DNA from: Paramoeba atlantica | Taxonomy: Eukaryota > Protista > Discosea | DNA length: 64,000 nucleotides | NCBI GenBank assembly: GCA_977017575.1 | Contig: CDRNVI010000030.1 | Span: 1,116,001 to 1,180,000 of the forward strand | Direction: 5' to 3' | Part shown: piece by piece, positions 51,906 through 61,762 of the stretch | How the letters are laid out: every line of letters starts with the position of its first letter | How positions within the stretch are numbered: position 1 is the stretch's first letter | Notes under the pieces: model-generated | What the model was told of the DNA's origin: nothing | The model's input: the letters and a program-made list of their open reading frames with translations, nothing else | Databases searched by the model: none | Translations under genes and position numbers: made by a program

Positions 51906-54230
51906 TTATGCCGCATTGTTAGTCAAAATCTCCTCCAACTTTTGCAAAAATGTCTCAGTGTATGTATTTGATGCACGTATTTTTGTTGTCCATGGGTATT
52001 TCTGCACAATATTCTGCACCCAATTTTGATGTTCTTCAGAACAATGCGAAAGTTTTGTTCCTGCTGTAGTGTAGAGCATGGACTTGCACACGAGACTTTG
52101 ATGTATTTCCACCAGTTGAGCTACTATTTCTGAGCTAGTTTCCTCAACGAACAAAGTTGACTTCGACCGCCAAAGATCTAGATAGTGCAGCGTGGCCATT
52201 AAAGTGCTGTCAAGTTCAGTTTTTGAACTTTCCCATGCAAAACCCCTTTTCAACTTGAAGTATTCCCCTATCGGTCGACGAGACAGGGATTGTGATATGC
52301 CCGTTGTGTCTGAGTTTCGATAAAAGAGTTTAAGTTCTGCATCTTTCGCCACTGTGGCCAGTGATTCAGCGTAGGAATACCACATCATCGTTTCATACTC
52401 TGTCGCTTCTGATTCACATGATACCAAATCCTCATTCGCGTTCTTTTCGCGTAACAAGAAGAAGGGTCTACCAAGTGCTCCATTTAAAATGAACCTTGCA
52501 TCATTCAATTCTTCCTGTAACTGTCCTATTCGAACAATAGCCTCTCGCAGTCTGCTCAGCATTACTCGTAACGTTGCCTCACAGTTTCTAAGATTGCACC
52601 CAAGAAAGACCCAAAAATAAGAACGTGTAAATAATTGTAGTTCTGTAACCTGGGATTCATTGGCGATGTGGTATTCTACAGTCTTGGTTATTTTCTCGGC
52701 CAAGACTGGAGCGTGCAACATCTCTTCACGATCCCATGAAGAATTTTGATAGCGGGTGTGCGTTAAACAATCGAACACGCTAAACATGTGCGCAAGCAGT
52801 GGTTCCAGCCGATCGCTCGGCATTGAATTGTTCCCCGCTGTGTGCGCCTCAATGAAATATTCTACAAGATGCTCATCACGAGCTGTATCACTCTGTATGT
52901 CACATAATAAGTATAAAGGGGCTTCGAAAAGTCGTTCTGCGTCGCCTTCCCGGGCTTTATTTGCTTCCTTACAGTAGGCGGCTGATGCAACCTGCATAAG
53001 TGTCGAATAGCCCTTATGTTGTGAAATGTCAAAAGGAAAACTATGCCCCATAAAGCTCATGTGCAAAACAGAAAACAAATGGGCCAAAAAAATTGTATCA
53101 AAAGCAGTCTGGTGAGTTATACCTACCGTGAGAGCTTCATGAATCCATTCTTTCTCGTTACATAACATGCCGCCCAAAAGCTTCACCATAAGCTGATCCC
53201 TTGGATTCTCATCCTTAGCATTTTCTATGCAACTGTGGACATCCCTAACGAGCCCTTCCTCCGCTTTCTCGAGCCATGATTCGATCCCACTATCGGACCA
53301 CGATCCGACCTTGTGAGCGGCGGACTTTTCACAATGGAGTTTACTGGAAACCTGTGTCTGTATATGAATAAGATGACATCGTAAAATTGCCCACAAACGG
53401 TCATACCAGAAATGAAACACCCCTTCCGTTGCGGCTATCTCCCCGCTGAGTAAACCACTTACACAACGATTTAAACGCTGTGTTGCCGCGGAGGTTTCCT
53501 CTGATCCTCTCATGTTCTGTGCGCCACGGGATTTTAACTCCTTCATGGTCCCCAGCGTTCGTACACGCTGAGCGTCATCCATCACTGTGCTGTTAAGCTC
53601 TTGGGTGGGATCCGTGGCGTATTCCCCGAACAGAGGAATCAGGGAGGCATTGGGGAACCATTTCGACAAGCCTGGGACGCGGCTGGGCTGTGCACACGTG
53701 AACACTGCCCCTCGCCATGCCGCTCCCTCCTCGGTACATTGTCTCGCGGCCCCTTGGAGATTTCCTTTTCGAATGTGCGAAATGACCGCATAGAGCAGCT
53801 GCTCTTCCTTTTCGTACCCTAGCCAGTTATTGTTCTTTAGGAATTGGGCCATAGAGGCCTTTTCTTTTTCCCGCAGTGATTTTGTGAACGCGGAGTCTTC
53901 GTGAGCTTCGTACCGAAAGAAGAGTTCCAGCCACCGACAGGCTAAAATCGCCCGTCGAAGGAAGGGACGTGTTTGGGCGAGATGTTGAAGCAAGACGATG
54001 TGCGGTATAGTACGGGAACTGGCACTTGATGAGGATAGAGTAGGACTCCCCTTGTACATCTCTTCCTTTGTATTTTCCGCGTCATTTACAAAGAGGTACA
54101 CCATATTCCAAATTATTTGAGCGAATTTATCCTGCTTCACATTAAGTAGGCGCTGCAGTGGCTTGGTGAGAGATGTCGTGACGAGTTTTGGTTCAAATCC
54201 ATGCAAGGCGTGTGCGTATTCCAGGTTCAT
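51906..54230 (-). CDS. NUP107: Nucleoporin Nup107/Nup84
   Basis: ILACRWLE and EEQLLYAVISHIRKGNLQGAARQC.E.G.AWRGA match Nup107 V.DWLE and E.RLL..LF.LIR.G....A..LC...GQ.WRAA; all-helical solenoid. Confidence 0.85.
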   Translation of the reverse strand: MNLEYAHALHGFEPKLVTTSLTKPLQRLLNVKQDKFAQIIWNMVYLFVNDAENTKEEMYKGSPTLSSSSASSRTIPHIVLLQHLAQTRPFLRRAILACRWLELFFRYEAHEDSAFTKSLREKEKASMAQFLKNNNWLGYEKEEQLLYAVISHIRKGNLQGAARQCTEEGAAWRGAVFTCAQPSRVPGLSKWFPNASLIPLFGEYATDPTQELNSTVMDDAQRVRTLGTMKELKSRGAQNMRGSEETSAATQRLNRCVSGLLSGEIAATEGVFHFWYDRLWAILRCHLIHIQTQVSSKLHCEKSAAHKVGSWSDSGIESWLEKAEEGLVRDVHSCIENAKDENPRDQLMVKLLGGMLCNEKEWIHEALTVGITHQTAFDTIFLAHLFSVLHMSFMGHSFPFDISQHKGYSTLMQVASAAYCKEANKAREGDAERLFEAPLYLLCDIQSDTARDEHLVEYFIEAHTAGNNSMPSDRLEPLLAHMFSVFDCLTHTRYQNSSWDREEMLHAPVLAEKITKTVEYHIANESQVTELQLFTRSYFWVFLGCNLRNCEATLRVMLSRLREAIVRIGQLQEELNDARFILNGALGRPFFLLREKNANEDLVSCESEATEYETMMWYSYAESLATVAKDAELKLFYRNSDTTGISQSLSRRPIGEYFKLKRGFAWESSKTELDSTLMATLHYLDLWRSKSTLFVEETSSEIVAQLVEIHQSLVCKSMLYTTAGTKLSHCSEEHQNWVQNIVQKYPWTTKIRASNTYTETFLQKLEEILTNNAA

Positions 54231-54401
54231 TTGGATATTGAAAATGCTATATGATATAATAAGTCAAATTTATCAGAGTTAGTCTGTTAAAAAATTCATA
54301 TCCTGAATTTACAAGCGATACAAATGAAACATGCTGGTATTCTTTGTCCTTTCGTATTCAAAGTTCGTATGGAGTTGTCATATACATGCTACAAGAATTT
54401 T

Positions 54402-55955
54402 TCATGTGCTAGCTTCCGAGGCGGTTTCAGCTTTCAAGGGGTTTTCTGGTGAAGCAAAGTAAAAGTTGTGAACTGCGTGTATTGCGGCCTCTTGCATTGA
54501 TTCCTGAAGATCATATCCCTCACCAATTCCTAAGACATGTTCCCCAAACAGGAGTTCAGTTGCCATTAGTTTTTCACGTTGCGGTTGTTGTTCGGTCGTG
54601 TAATCCTGTGGAGGGTCATCATCCGCCGTGACGTACGCGGGACGAAACGATATTGGTTGTCCCTCTATCGACGCGGGTGCCAAGCCCGAGTACTTCACGA
54701 TGAACTGTATTTCCTTCAACGCGTTCGGCGGATCAACAATCTCAACCAGCACATCCGGAACATCCGGGAATCGCGCCTTACGCTTTACCATTTTTGAGCT
54801 CGTAAACAGCCGGGTGGAGGGCATACCCCCTGCGGAGCGCTCCGCTCTCCGTGCCACCTCGCGCTTCCTCTCCAACGGGTGTCTCCCGTCCTTTCCCCCT
54901 TTCCTCGCGACGGGAAACATCAACTTTCTCACCAACGCCCGCGCAAACACCTCTCCACGGATCAGGTACACATACCCCACCCACGCCCACACATGGTTAC
55001 ACAACCACCTCACCCTTGGCAACAAATCCGGCAACTGCGCGGGGGACCGCCTCCGCAACTGCCGCGTGGCCGCGCCCAGCGCCCTTCGATAATGAAAAAT
55101 CCTCTCCCCCACATTCCCCGACAGCACCTTATCCTGGGCCCTCCCCAGGGCCTGCCGCAGCCTTGCGCGTCGCAGCTGCAGCACCTGGAGCTCGCGCCAC
55201 AGCCCCACCTCGGTGGCCAGGCCCAGCACGCGGGCCATCCCGAGGCGCCCCGCGCAGCCCACCACGGGGGTGAGCCCACACACGGCCGCGGTGAGGGCCT
55301 CGAGGTGCGGCGCGCGCAGCCGTGGGAACTGCCCCAGGAAGGTCTCGTGGAGGAACTCCTGGACGCGGCTGGAGCCGAGGAGGGTGAGGGGGCCGAGCGG
55401 GGGGTCACGGAGGGTACGGCAGGTGAGGGCCTGGTACGTGCGGTAGGTGAGGGGGGTGTAGTGGGCGGGAGGGGTCGGGGAGGGGGGGTTGCGTAAGGGG
55501 TCAGAGGAGGAGGAGGGAGTAGTAGGAGTAGGTGTATCGGGGCGATGGCTACTCTTCGTACCGTTGCTGGTAGGATGTAGAGGCGTGGTTGTTAGGGTTG
55601 TGGTGCGAAGTAGGGGGTACCGGGCCTCACAGACGCGTAGGCAGTAGGCGTAGAGTGCGGACTGGGGGTGACGACTAGGGGTGCCTTTACGGGGGACGGG
55701 GTGCTGGGTGGCGTGTCGGGTGTCGTGGTAGCGTTGGTTGGAGGCGTCGACCCAGGGGACTCCGGTTTGGGTGGAGGGGGGACGGAGGAGGTCACGGTGA
55801 AGGGGGAGTAGGGTGCGTTTGTGTCGGACGTGGGGGTGGTAGGGGTGGCGGATACCGTGGGCTCGCTCGGCGCGGGTGCTGTACGGGCGTGGTCGGGATG
55901 AAGAGGAGTAGGGGAGGAGGGGTAGCAGAGGTGAGATCCGCCGTGTAGCGGACAT
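54402..55955 (-). CDS. Mitochondrial degenerate RNase III-like + dsRBD protein (mL44-like mitoribosomal fold)
   Basis: LTLLG...FL.E....QFPRL....LEAL (mL44/RNase III-like); C-terminal dsRBD pattern ELLFGEHVLGIGEG...QE....AA..A; presequence at ATG 55955. Confidence 0.65.
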   Translation of the reverse strand: MSATRRISPLLPLLPYSSSSRPRPYSTRAERAHGIRHPYHPHVRHKRTLLPLHRDLLRPPSTQTGVPWVDASNQRYHDTRHATQHPVPRKGTPSRHPQSALYAYCLRVCEARYPLLRTTTLTTTPLHPTSNGTKSSHRPDTPTPTTPSSSSDPLRNPPSPTPPAHYTPLTYRTYQALTCRTLRDPPLGPLTLLGSSRVQEFLHETFLGQFPRLRAPHLEALTAAVCGLTPVVGCAGRLGMARVLGLATEVGLWRELQVLQLRRARLRQALGRAQDKVLSGNVGERIFHYRRALGAATRQLRRRSPAQLPDLLPRVRWLCNHVWAWVGYVYLIRGEVFARALVRKLMFPVARKGGKDGRHPLERKREVARRAERSAGGMPSTRLFTSSKMVKRKARFPDVPDVLVEIVDPPNALKEIQFIVKYSGLAPASIEGQPISFRPAYVTADDDPPQDYTTEQQPQREKLMATELLFGEHVLGIGEGYDLQESMQEAAIHAVHNFYFASPENPLKAETASEAST

Positions 55956-58160
55956 GCAGGAGAAAGGGAAGTGAGTGCTGGGAAGGTGGACGAGAAAGGT
56001 CAAGGAGCTCAAGTATTAGTTAGGTGTTCGAAGGGAACAGCTCATAAGATGAAAAATGATAATGAGCGAAAGTATGCTGAATAGCATCAAAGATACATAT
56101 AAACACCTCGACAAGAATAAGGCACCCCCCCTTGATTTTCGCAAGCGGGGACCCATGGGGGTTGTAGCACCACTTTTTGGTTCCAAATTTTGAGATCTGT
56201 GTTCCCGGGGTTTTTAGCCTGTTTTAAGACTTTGAAAAAAAACGTTTGAGAAAATAATTTTTGAGAACTGGTTTTGTAAAATTATGGTAAAATCCAAGTA
56301 CCGTACACCATGGGGAGGGATGACACCCTGGGGAAAATATTATTGTGCACAAGTATAGTATGGTCATAGTATTACTATGACAAAAGGTAAAAGAAATAAG
56401 TTGCTCCGCGTATGTTGGAGAAGGAATGGAAACGCAAAGTGTCGAAAGCGATTAAGCAGTTTGGCTCCTTATTTTTCGGCTAAGCAAAAGATGTCAAAGA
56501 TGAAATTCATGTTCTGGATTAAGCTATGTCAGAGGGTCGAAATGTCTAGTATAGCTTCCCAGTGTATGGTCAGCCGGGTGACTGCTTTTAATGGAAACGT
56601 CAACTTCTAAGATGGGTGTCGAAGGCCGTTGAAGAACGCAACAAGACTATACGGTTTTCGAACTCCTTCGGTTGATACTTGTTTGATCGATTTATACTTC
56701 TAAAATATAATATAAATAGAAAGAACTGTGCCGTGGACGAAACCTTTCTGGCAGCAAGCAACGCTTCCGGGCGCTTTTGCTGTCCCTTAAATCTGTTAAG
56801 AAAGAAATTATTTTGACAGAAGGTGAGGAATCTTGTTCTGATTCATCTGAAGGAGAAGAAGCAGAAGATAACGAAGGTGAAGGAGATGACACGTGGAACA
56901 GAATAAACGATTCATGTCGTAAAGCGGAAGCGAGTGTTCAAGATGAAAGCAATGTATTCTTTTAAAAAGTGGTTCAAAAATATTATGTTTGAAAGTGGGT
57001 AAAATATAAGTTGTCTGCACCCGGAAATGTATATCGAGCGCACTACATACTACAGTACACAACATGCGACGGTAGTTACGCCTCAAGATCATATTATATT
57101 GGATTGAAACGTTTATGAAACTCTAGGAATAGTGATTCGGCGGTGTGAGTGTTAATTGGAATTCCCAAAAGCGAAGAATGCTTTAGCAGGGAATTGTACT
57201 CTAGTACTAAACGGTTCACACCTAAAAAAGATATTTAAAAAAGGGTTTTATAGAATCTTTGTGCGTGTAATTGTATTTGAAATTTTATGCCTTCACAAAC
57301 TCCTCCACCGGATTTTTATCACTTGGGAACACGGAGGCGAGGTTAGCGAGGGACGTGGTTAAAATCGGTCGGCAAATACTGACGCCTCGCGAATGTACTC
57401 GCATTTATGCTTCTCTCCACTATGAGTATCACTATGTACTCACAGAAGTCCGGGGCCACATTATCGCCGTACATGACAGTCAGCGCTTACACGCGCCTGC
57501 TGCTGCTGCAAAGGCGAATGTAGATCGTTTAAAAAAATGTCTCATGAAGGTTCTGCTGGTAGATCGTCCCAATACGTACTCACTAGTATACACTAGTATA
57601 CTCACTAGTATTTTGCTTGTCTACAACAGGAATCCGGGATCAAAGATTGTGCCCTACATGTCATCAACAATCTAAATAATGCTGTGCGTGATACGAAAAG
57701 TATTGTGATCACTCGCAATTTGTCCCTAACATTGACTAAAATGCTTGATGGAAATAAGTTTGGATCGCAGCAGATGACCCAATCCCAGCGGATACAACAA
57801 TAAACCTTGGAGTCATTCAAATTAGAGCACCAGAAATTGGAGGTGAGCCAATTACTTGGAAGAAATGGATGCGTAACATTCTGAGAACCCACTTAGATGC
57901 GTACTTTACATTACAAAATCATCCCACCTTCAACTCACCCATTAGTCGTTCGCACATTATTGCTTCAGCTATATTAACGCGTACCTTTATGGCCATGCAC
58001 TCCAGGACTAGATGGATAGCACGAAACACACAACGTCAAATTGCTACTGATCTTTCTAAAGAATGGTTTCCTCGAAAACAATAGTTTTGTTAAAAACTTG
58101 AACAAAATATTTTAAAAGGATATTGCTCATGCAGTATGTTTTTATGCTAGTATGTTTTTA

Positions 58161-58224
58161 TGCCCCCCCTTTATACTTCCAATGGTACTGAAACCGGCAG
58201 AAGTATAAAGGGGGGGTGACAGTA
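58161..58224. mobile_element. Mini inverted-repeat element
   Basis: CCCCCCCTTTATACTT ... AAGTATAAAGGGGGGGTGACAGTA. Confidence 0.55.
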
Positions 58225-58246
58225 TACTATACATATATGATATATA

Positions 58247-58987
58247 CAGGGGTGTAAATTTGGATGTGGGGGGGTATAAAGTTTGTAAAACTTGGCCAAT
58301 TTTGGAAAATTATAGCGCATTCGAGAGCTCTCGAACTGGGCTCATGAACGTGCATGTACGGCATCTGCGTTAATTAGAATTTCGAGTGCACGTAAAAAAA
58401 ATTAGTTTTTTTGGGAGGTAAAATTTTGCATTTTTCACAGTTTTTCTGATTTCTCCCCTGATTAATGCTACAAAGATGGGGTTGTGGGCCATCACCCGAA
58501 CACAAAGACTACGAAAGGGTTTATTCTTCGCCTGGACACGTAAAAGCAAGCTGGTGCATGGTTCTTGTTGCGGATTACGAAACAACACAATCTTTTTCGC
58601 GCTAAAAAATCATGTTCCATAGTGGGCGACTCCAAAAATGGTTGAGCCCCTCGGAATAGTGCAGATTTGATTATTGCGATCGAAGCAGCGTTTCAAGGCC
58701 CATGAAAATGCCATGAAGAGCTTTCGAAAGCGATGCTGTATTGTGATTGGGATTAATCGACGATAATAGCAATTATAATTTTTTTTTTCGATATTTGCTA
58801 TTGTTTTAGAAAGTTGCAAATAGCTTTTGGGGGCGCTTTGTCTAGGGGGCAATACCCCCTTGTGCATAGTTCGGCCTTGTTACGTTCATGAGCCCTGTTC
58901 GGGAGCTCTCGAATGCGCTATTATTTTCCAAAATTGGCTAAGTTTTACAAATTTTAGACCCCCCCCACATCCAAATTTACACCCCTG
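58247..58987. mobile_element. Tc1/mariner-type MITE (741 bp) with ~106-bp TIRs
   Basis: TA|CAGGGGTGTAAATTTGGATGTG... at both ends (58247-58352 / 58882-58987, few mismatches); non-coding interior. Confidence 0.9.
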
Positions 58988-59078
58988 TACTATACATATA
59001 TGATATATACTATACATATATATACTGTATATTAGTCTAGTAATAAACATATTACATGGAGAAGCAGTCGATAAATAT

Positions 59079-59630
59079 TTGGGTTCAGTGGGTTCAATGA
59101 ACCACGAAATAGGGTTCACTGAACAACTAGGTATGGAAATACGGAGCGTTCGAACCCTTGCTACCGGCCCACGGAAAACTGACACCAAAGGAAGTACTTC
59201 AAATGTTATAAGGATTGGCATGCGCCATTTCGCAAGCGTATTCAGAGAGAAACGAGTCCATCGACGTACAGTAGACAGGTTTACCCAAACATTTGAACAC
59301 CTAATGGCCTCTGTACACGATTTAAGTTTTGAAAAAATCCAAAGGCACTGTGGTGTACCTTCAAAAGGACGAGACCTTTGTCTCAAAGATCAAGATTAGC
59401 AGACACAATAAGAGTAAGAGGGTCCGCAAAGGGGGTTCTACTGTGTATCACGTTCTTGTGAATTGTCATCGCATAGTAGACACTGAAGGAAGTATTCATC
59501 AGCCAATGCTCGATATCTTCGTTCGTGGCCTGCCCCAAAGAGATGGTCAAACGATGTTACAAGACGTGGAGCACTTGGCCAAGAACAAGCGAACCATCGT
59601 AAGTAACGACGCACATCGTGCTAGCTTTGT
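59079..59630 (+). pseudogene. Merlin/IS1595-type transposase relic (frameshift near 59340)
   Basis: RRTVDRF, YLQKDETFVSK...RHNKSKRVRKG, PQRDGQTML..V......TIVSND.HRA match Merlin EIDES.F.KRKYNRG, RD..TL..II......T.I.SD.W.AY. Confidence 0.7.
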
Positions 59631-59640
59631 GGTTGGTCGA

Positions 59641-59992
59641 AAATTTCAGAAAGATGGGGCGGGTGCACACTACGGCCAAAAATACGAAAACCTATCTTTT
59701 CGCTTCAAAAATTGAATACATATATTGGCCAATATATTTGGCATTGAATACATATATATAATTGAATACTAATTGGCCGGCTAATTCTCCCGGCCTTAAT
59801 CCTATTGAAAACGTGTGGGAAATGATTCAACAGTGTAAATGAAATGAATCCGTCTTGTACTATTTTTCTAGTTAAGTGCGTAAAGAAAGCTTTTGAGAAT
59901 ATTGGTGAATCTGAGCTTGACCGTACTGTTTTAAGTTTCGACAAAAGGCTGGAATCTTGCAAAAAAATGGTGGCGAAAAAGTGAAAAAATAG
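59641..59992 (+). pseudogene. Tc1-type transposase C-terminal relic
   Basis: FQKDGAGAH (2nd Asp motif) and WPANSPGLNPIENVW (59774-59818), then SF..R.E.C.K.NGG; interrupted by ATTGAATAC(ATATAT) triplication. Confidence 0.8.
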
Positions 59993-60616
59993 TAATACTA
60001 AATTCAACTTTTTTTGCATTTTATTTTCTCTATGATATGCGAAAACAAGCGTCACCGAGATCTGCAAAATGCAACAAAAAATAGCCCAAACGAAGACTCT
60101 ACGCAAAGCACTATTCGTTTGCTTTCTTTACTGTTTATCGCGTTTTTTCGATTCTATGATTTTTACTGGTGATATTATTAACCCCAACTGATAACTTTTA
60201 ATGATAATCACGTTTTTAACATTTTAGCCAAATAACTTATCATACCTGTGACCTGCTACCATAACTGTGACCTCGTACCGGGGGGATATGCTAAACCGGA
60301 CCCGTTTACAAAGAAATTTGCATCAAAAAAAATCAGATGAAATGCGCCACCTGCCGCCATCACTGAATCTACGCGGACTAGTTGAGGGTGGCATAGTTTG
60401 ATGGGACGAAAAGTTTTCTTTTATGTCTGCAGTGATAAATGGTGACTAAATGTTGATTTGTTTTCATGGTGACGGTAACCCCTTTCGGTGTCTGAGTGAA
60501 AAGCTTGAATAGAGTACATACTATGCACTCGAGTCAAGGATAGAAGTTTCATCACCTACATGAGATGGTAAAAATTGATGGTGAGAATTGGTAAATTTCT
60601 CCTTTTTTTACCTCTA

Positions 60617-61519
60617 CTATCTTAGAAAAACTGGAAGCATGCATTTCTCGATCACCGCTCTAGACAGGAAATCCGAGGAAGAGGACGGAAAAGACACACT
60701 GGCCATACCTTTTTGATTCCACTGAACCACGAGACAGTTACCTTCACCGAAGGTGCTCTTATTGCCACAGCCAAACAACATGGCACAGTGACCCATGAGG
60801 TACTCATGGTACACGTCGGAATCTCCAAACAGCTCCAGAGTAGAGCCAGAGGAGCACTGTAAGGAGATCGTGAGGCTACCATAAACTCCCCCGAGGCCCT
60901 TAAACGTAACCACTTCACTTTCCCTATGCAACGAAACGCCAATGTGTGTACAGGTGTACGACATGAAGCTCTGGACCACCTCTCGCATTAAAGCGATCTC
61001 ACACTCCAAGTGTGCCACCACGTGAAAGGAGGAGAAGCTCATGTTAAGGGGCTCCGCTAAGTCGGTTTTTACAAAGAGGACGGTTTCAATTTCCGCCTCT
61101 ATGGTGCGTTCGGGGGATACAAGAACGGTAAGGCCGTGGCTCACGGCGCCGTCGTAGTCAAAAGTAACCGTGCGCAAGTTCTCACCCACTCCTTCCTCCC
61201 CGAGAGCTTCATTCGAACACGAACGATTGGTCTTACCGAGCTGGAGGGCAAAAATAAGAGCGTTGAGCTCCACAGAAAGTCGCATGGGTGTGGTCACGGA
61301 AAACGAGGAGAACCAATCCTTCGGGATGTGGAGACTTGCCTCCACGGACAAGTCGTCCGACTCCGTGCGTATTAGCAAAGGGGTTTCCTGGGAAAGCACC
61401 AGTGTAACCCACTGTTGCTGTCGCTCCCCACTTTGTAAAGAATAGAGCGCGTTACAGAGATGGGGAGGAGAGGCTCGGAGCTGTGCGGAGAACACGGATT
61501 GTCCCGTTGCGGAAGCCAT
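60617..61519 (-). CDS. RAD1: 9-1-1 checkpoint clamp subunit RAD1
   Basis: PCNA-like fold; EASLHIPKDWFSSFSV.....VELNALIFALQL resembles Rad1 QANAFI...IF.EF.V.....INL..LL.CL.IFG. Confidence 0.72.
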   Translation of the reverse strand: MASATGQSVFSAQLRASPPHLCNALYSLQSGERQQQWVTLVLSQETPLLIRTESDDLSVEASLHIPKDWFSSFSVTTPMRLSVELNALIFALQLGKTNRSCSNEALGEEGVGENLRTVTFDYDGAVSHGLTVLVSPERTIEAEIETVLFVKTDLAEPLNMSFSSFHVVAHLECEIALMREVVQSFMSYTCTHIGVSLHRESEVVTFKGLGGVYGSLTISLQCSSGSTLELFGDSDVYHEYLMGHCAMLFGCGNKSTFGEGNCLVVQWNQKGMASVSFPSSSSDFLSRAVIEKCMLPVFLR

Positions 61520-61762
61520 TCCTAAAATGAAATCGGTGTAGATGCACGAGAATGTTTCTAGTTTCTATTTCCCTGAAATTCGTTTTCTGTTTTTATAATC
61601 ATGTCATAAAAACTTTCACTACATCGTCCTGGCGCGTACGTATAATCTTGTATATCTTTGGACATACATGTAATTGGGGCTCCAAACCTATGAAAATAAG
61701 AAGACTCCAATGAAACGAACTTACATCATTGAATCGTACTCTGAAAATATAGTCCAAAAGTA

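Noticed and set aside
56625-56645. TGAAGAACGCA match to 5.8S rRNA
   Set aside because: Only 11 nt, with no adjacent D box or rRNA context
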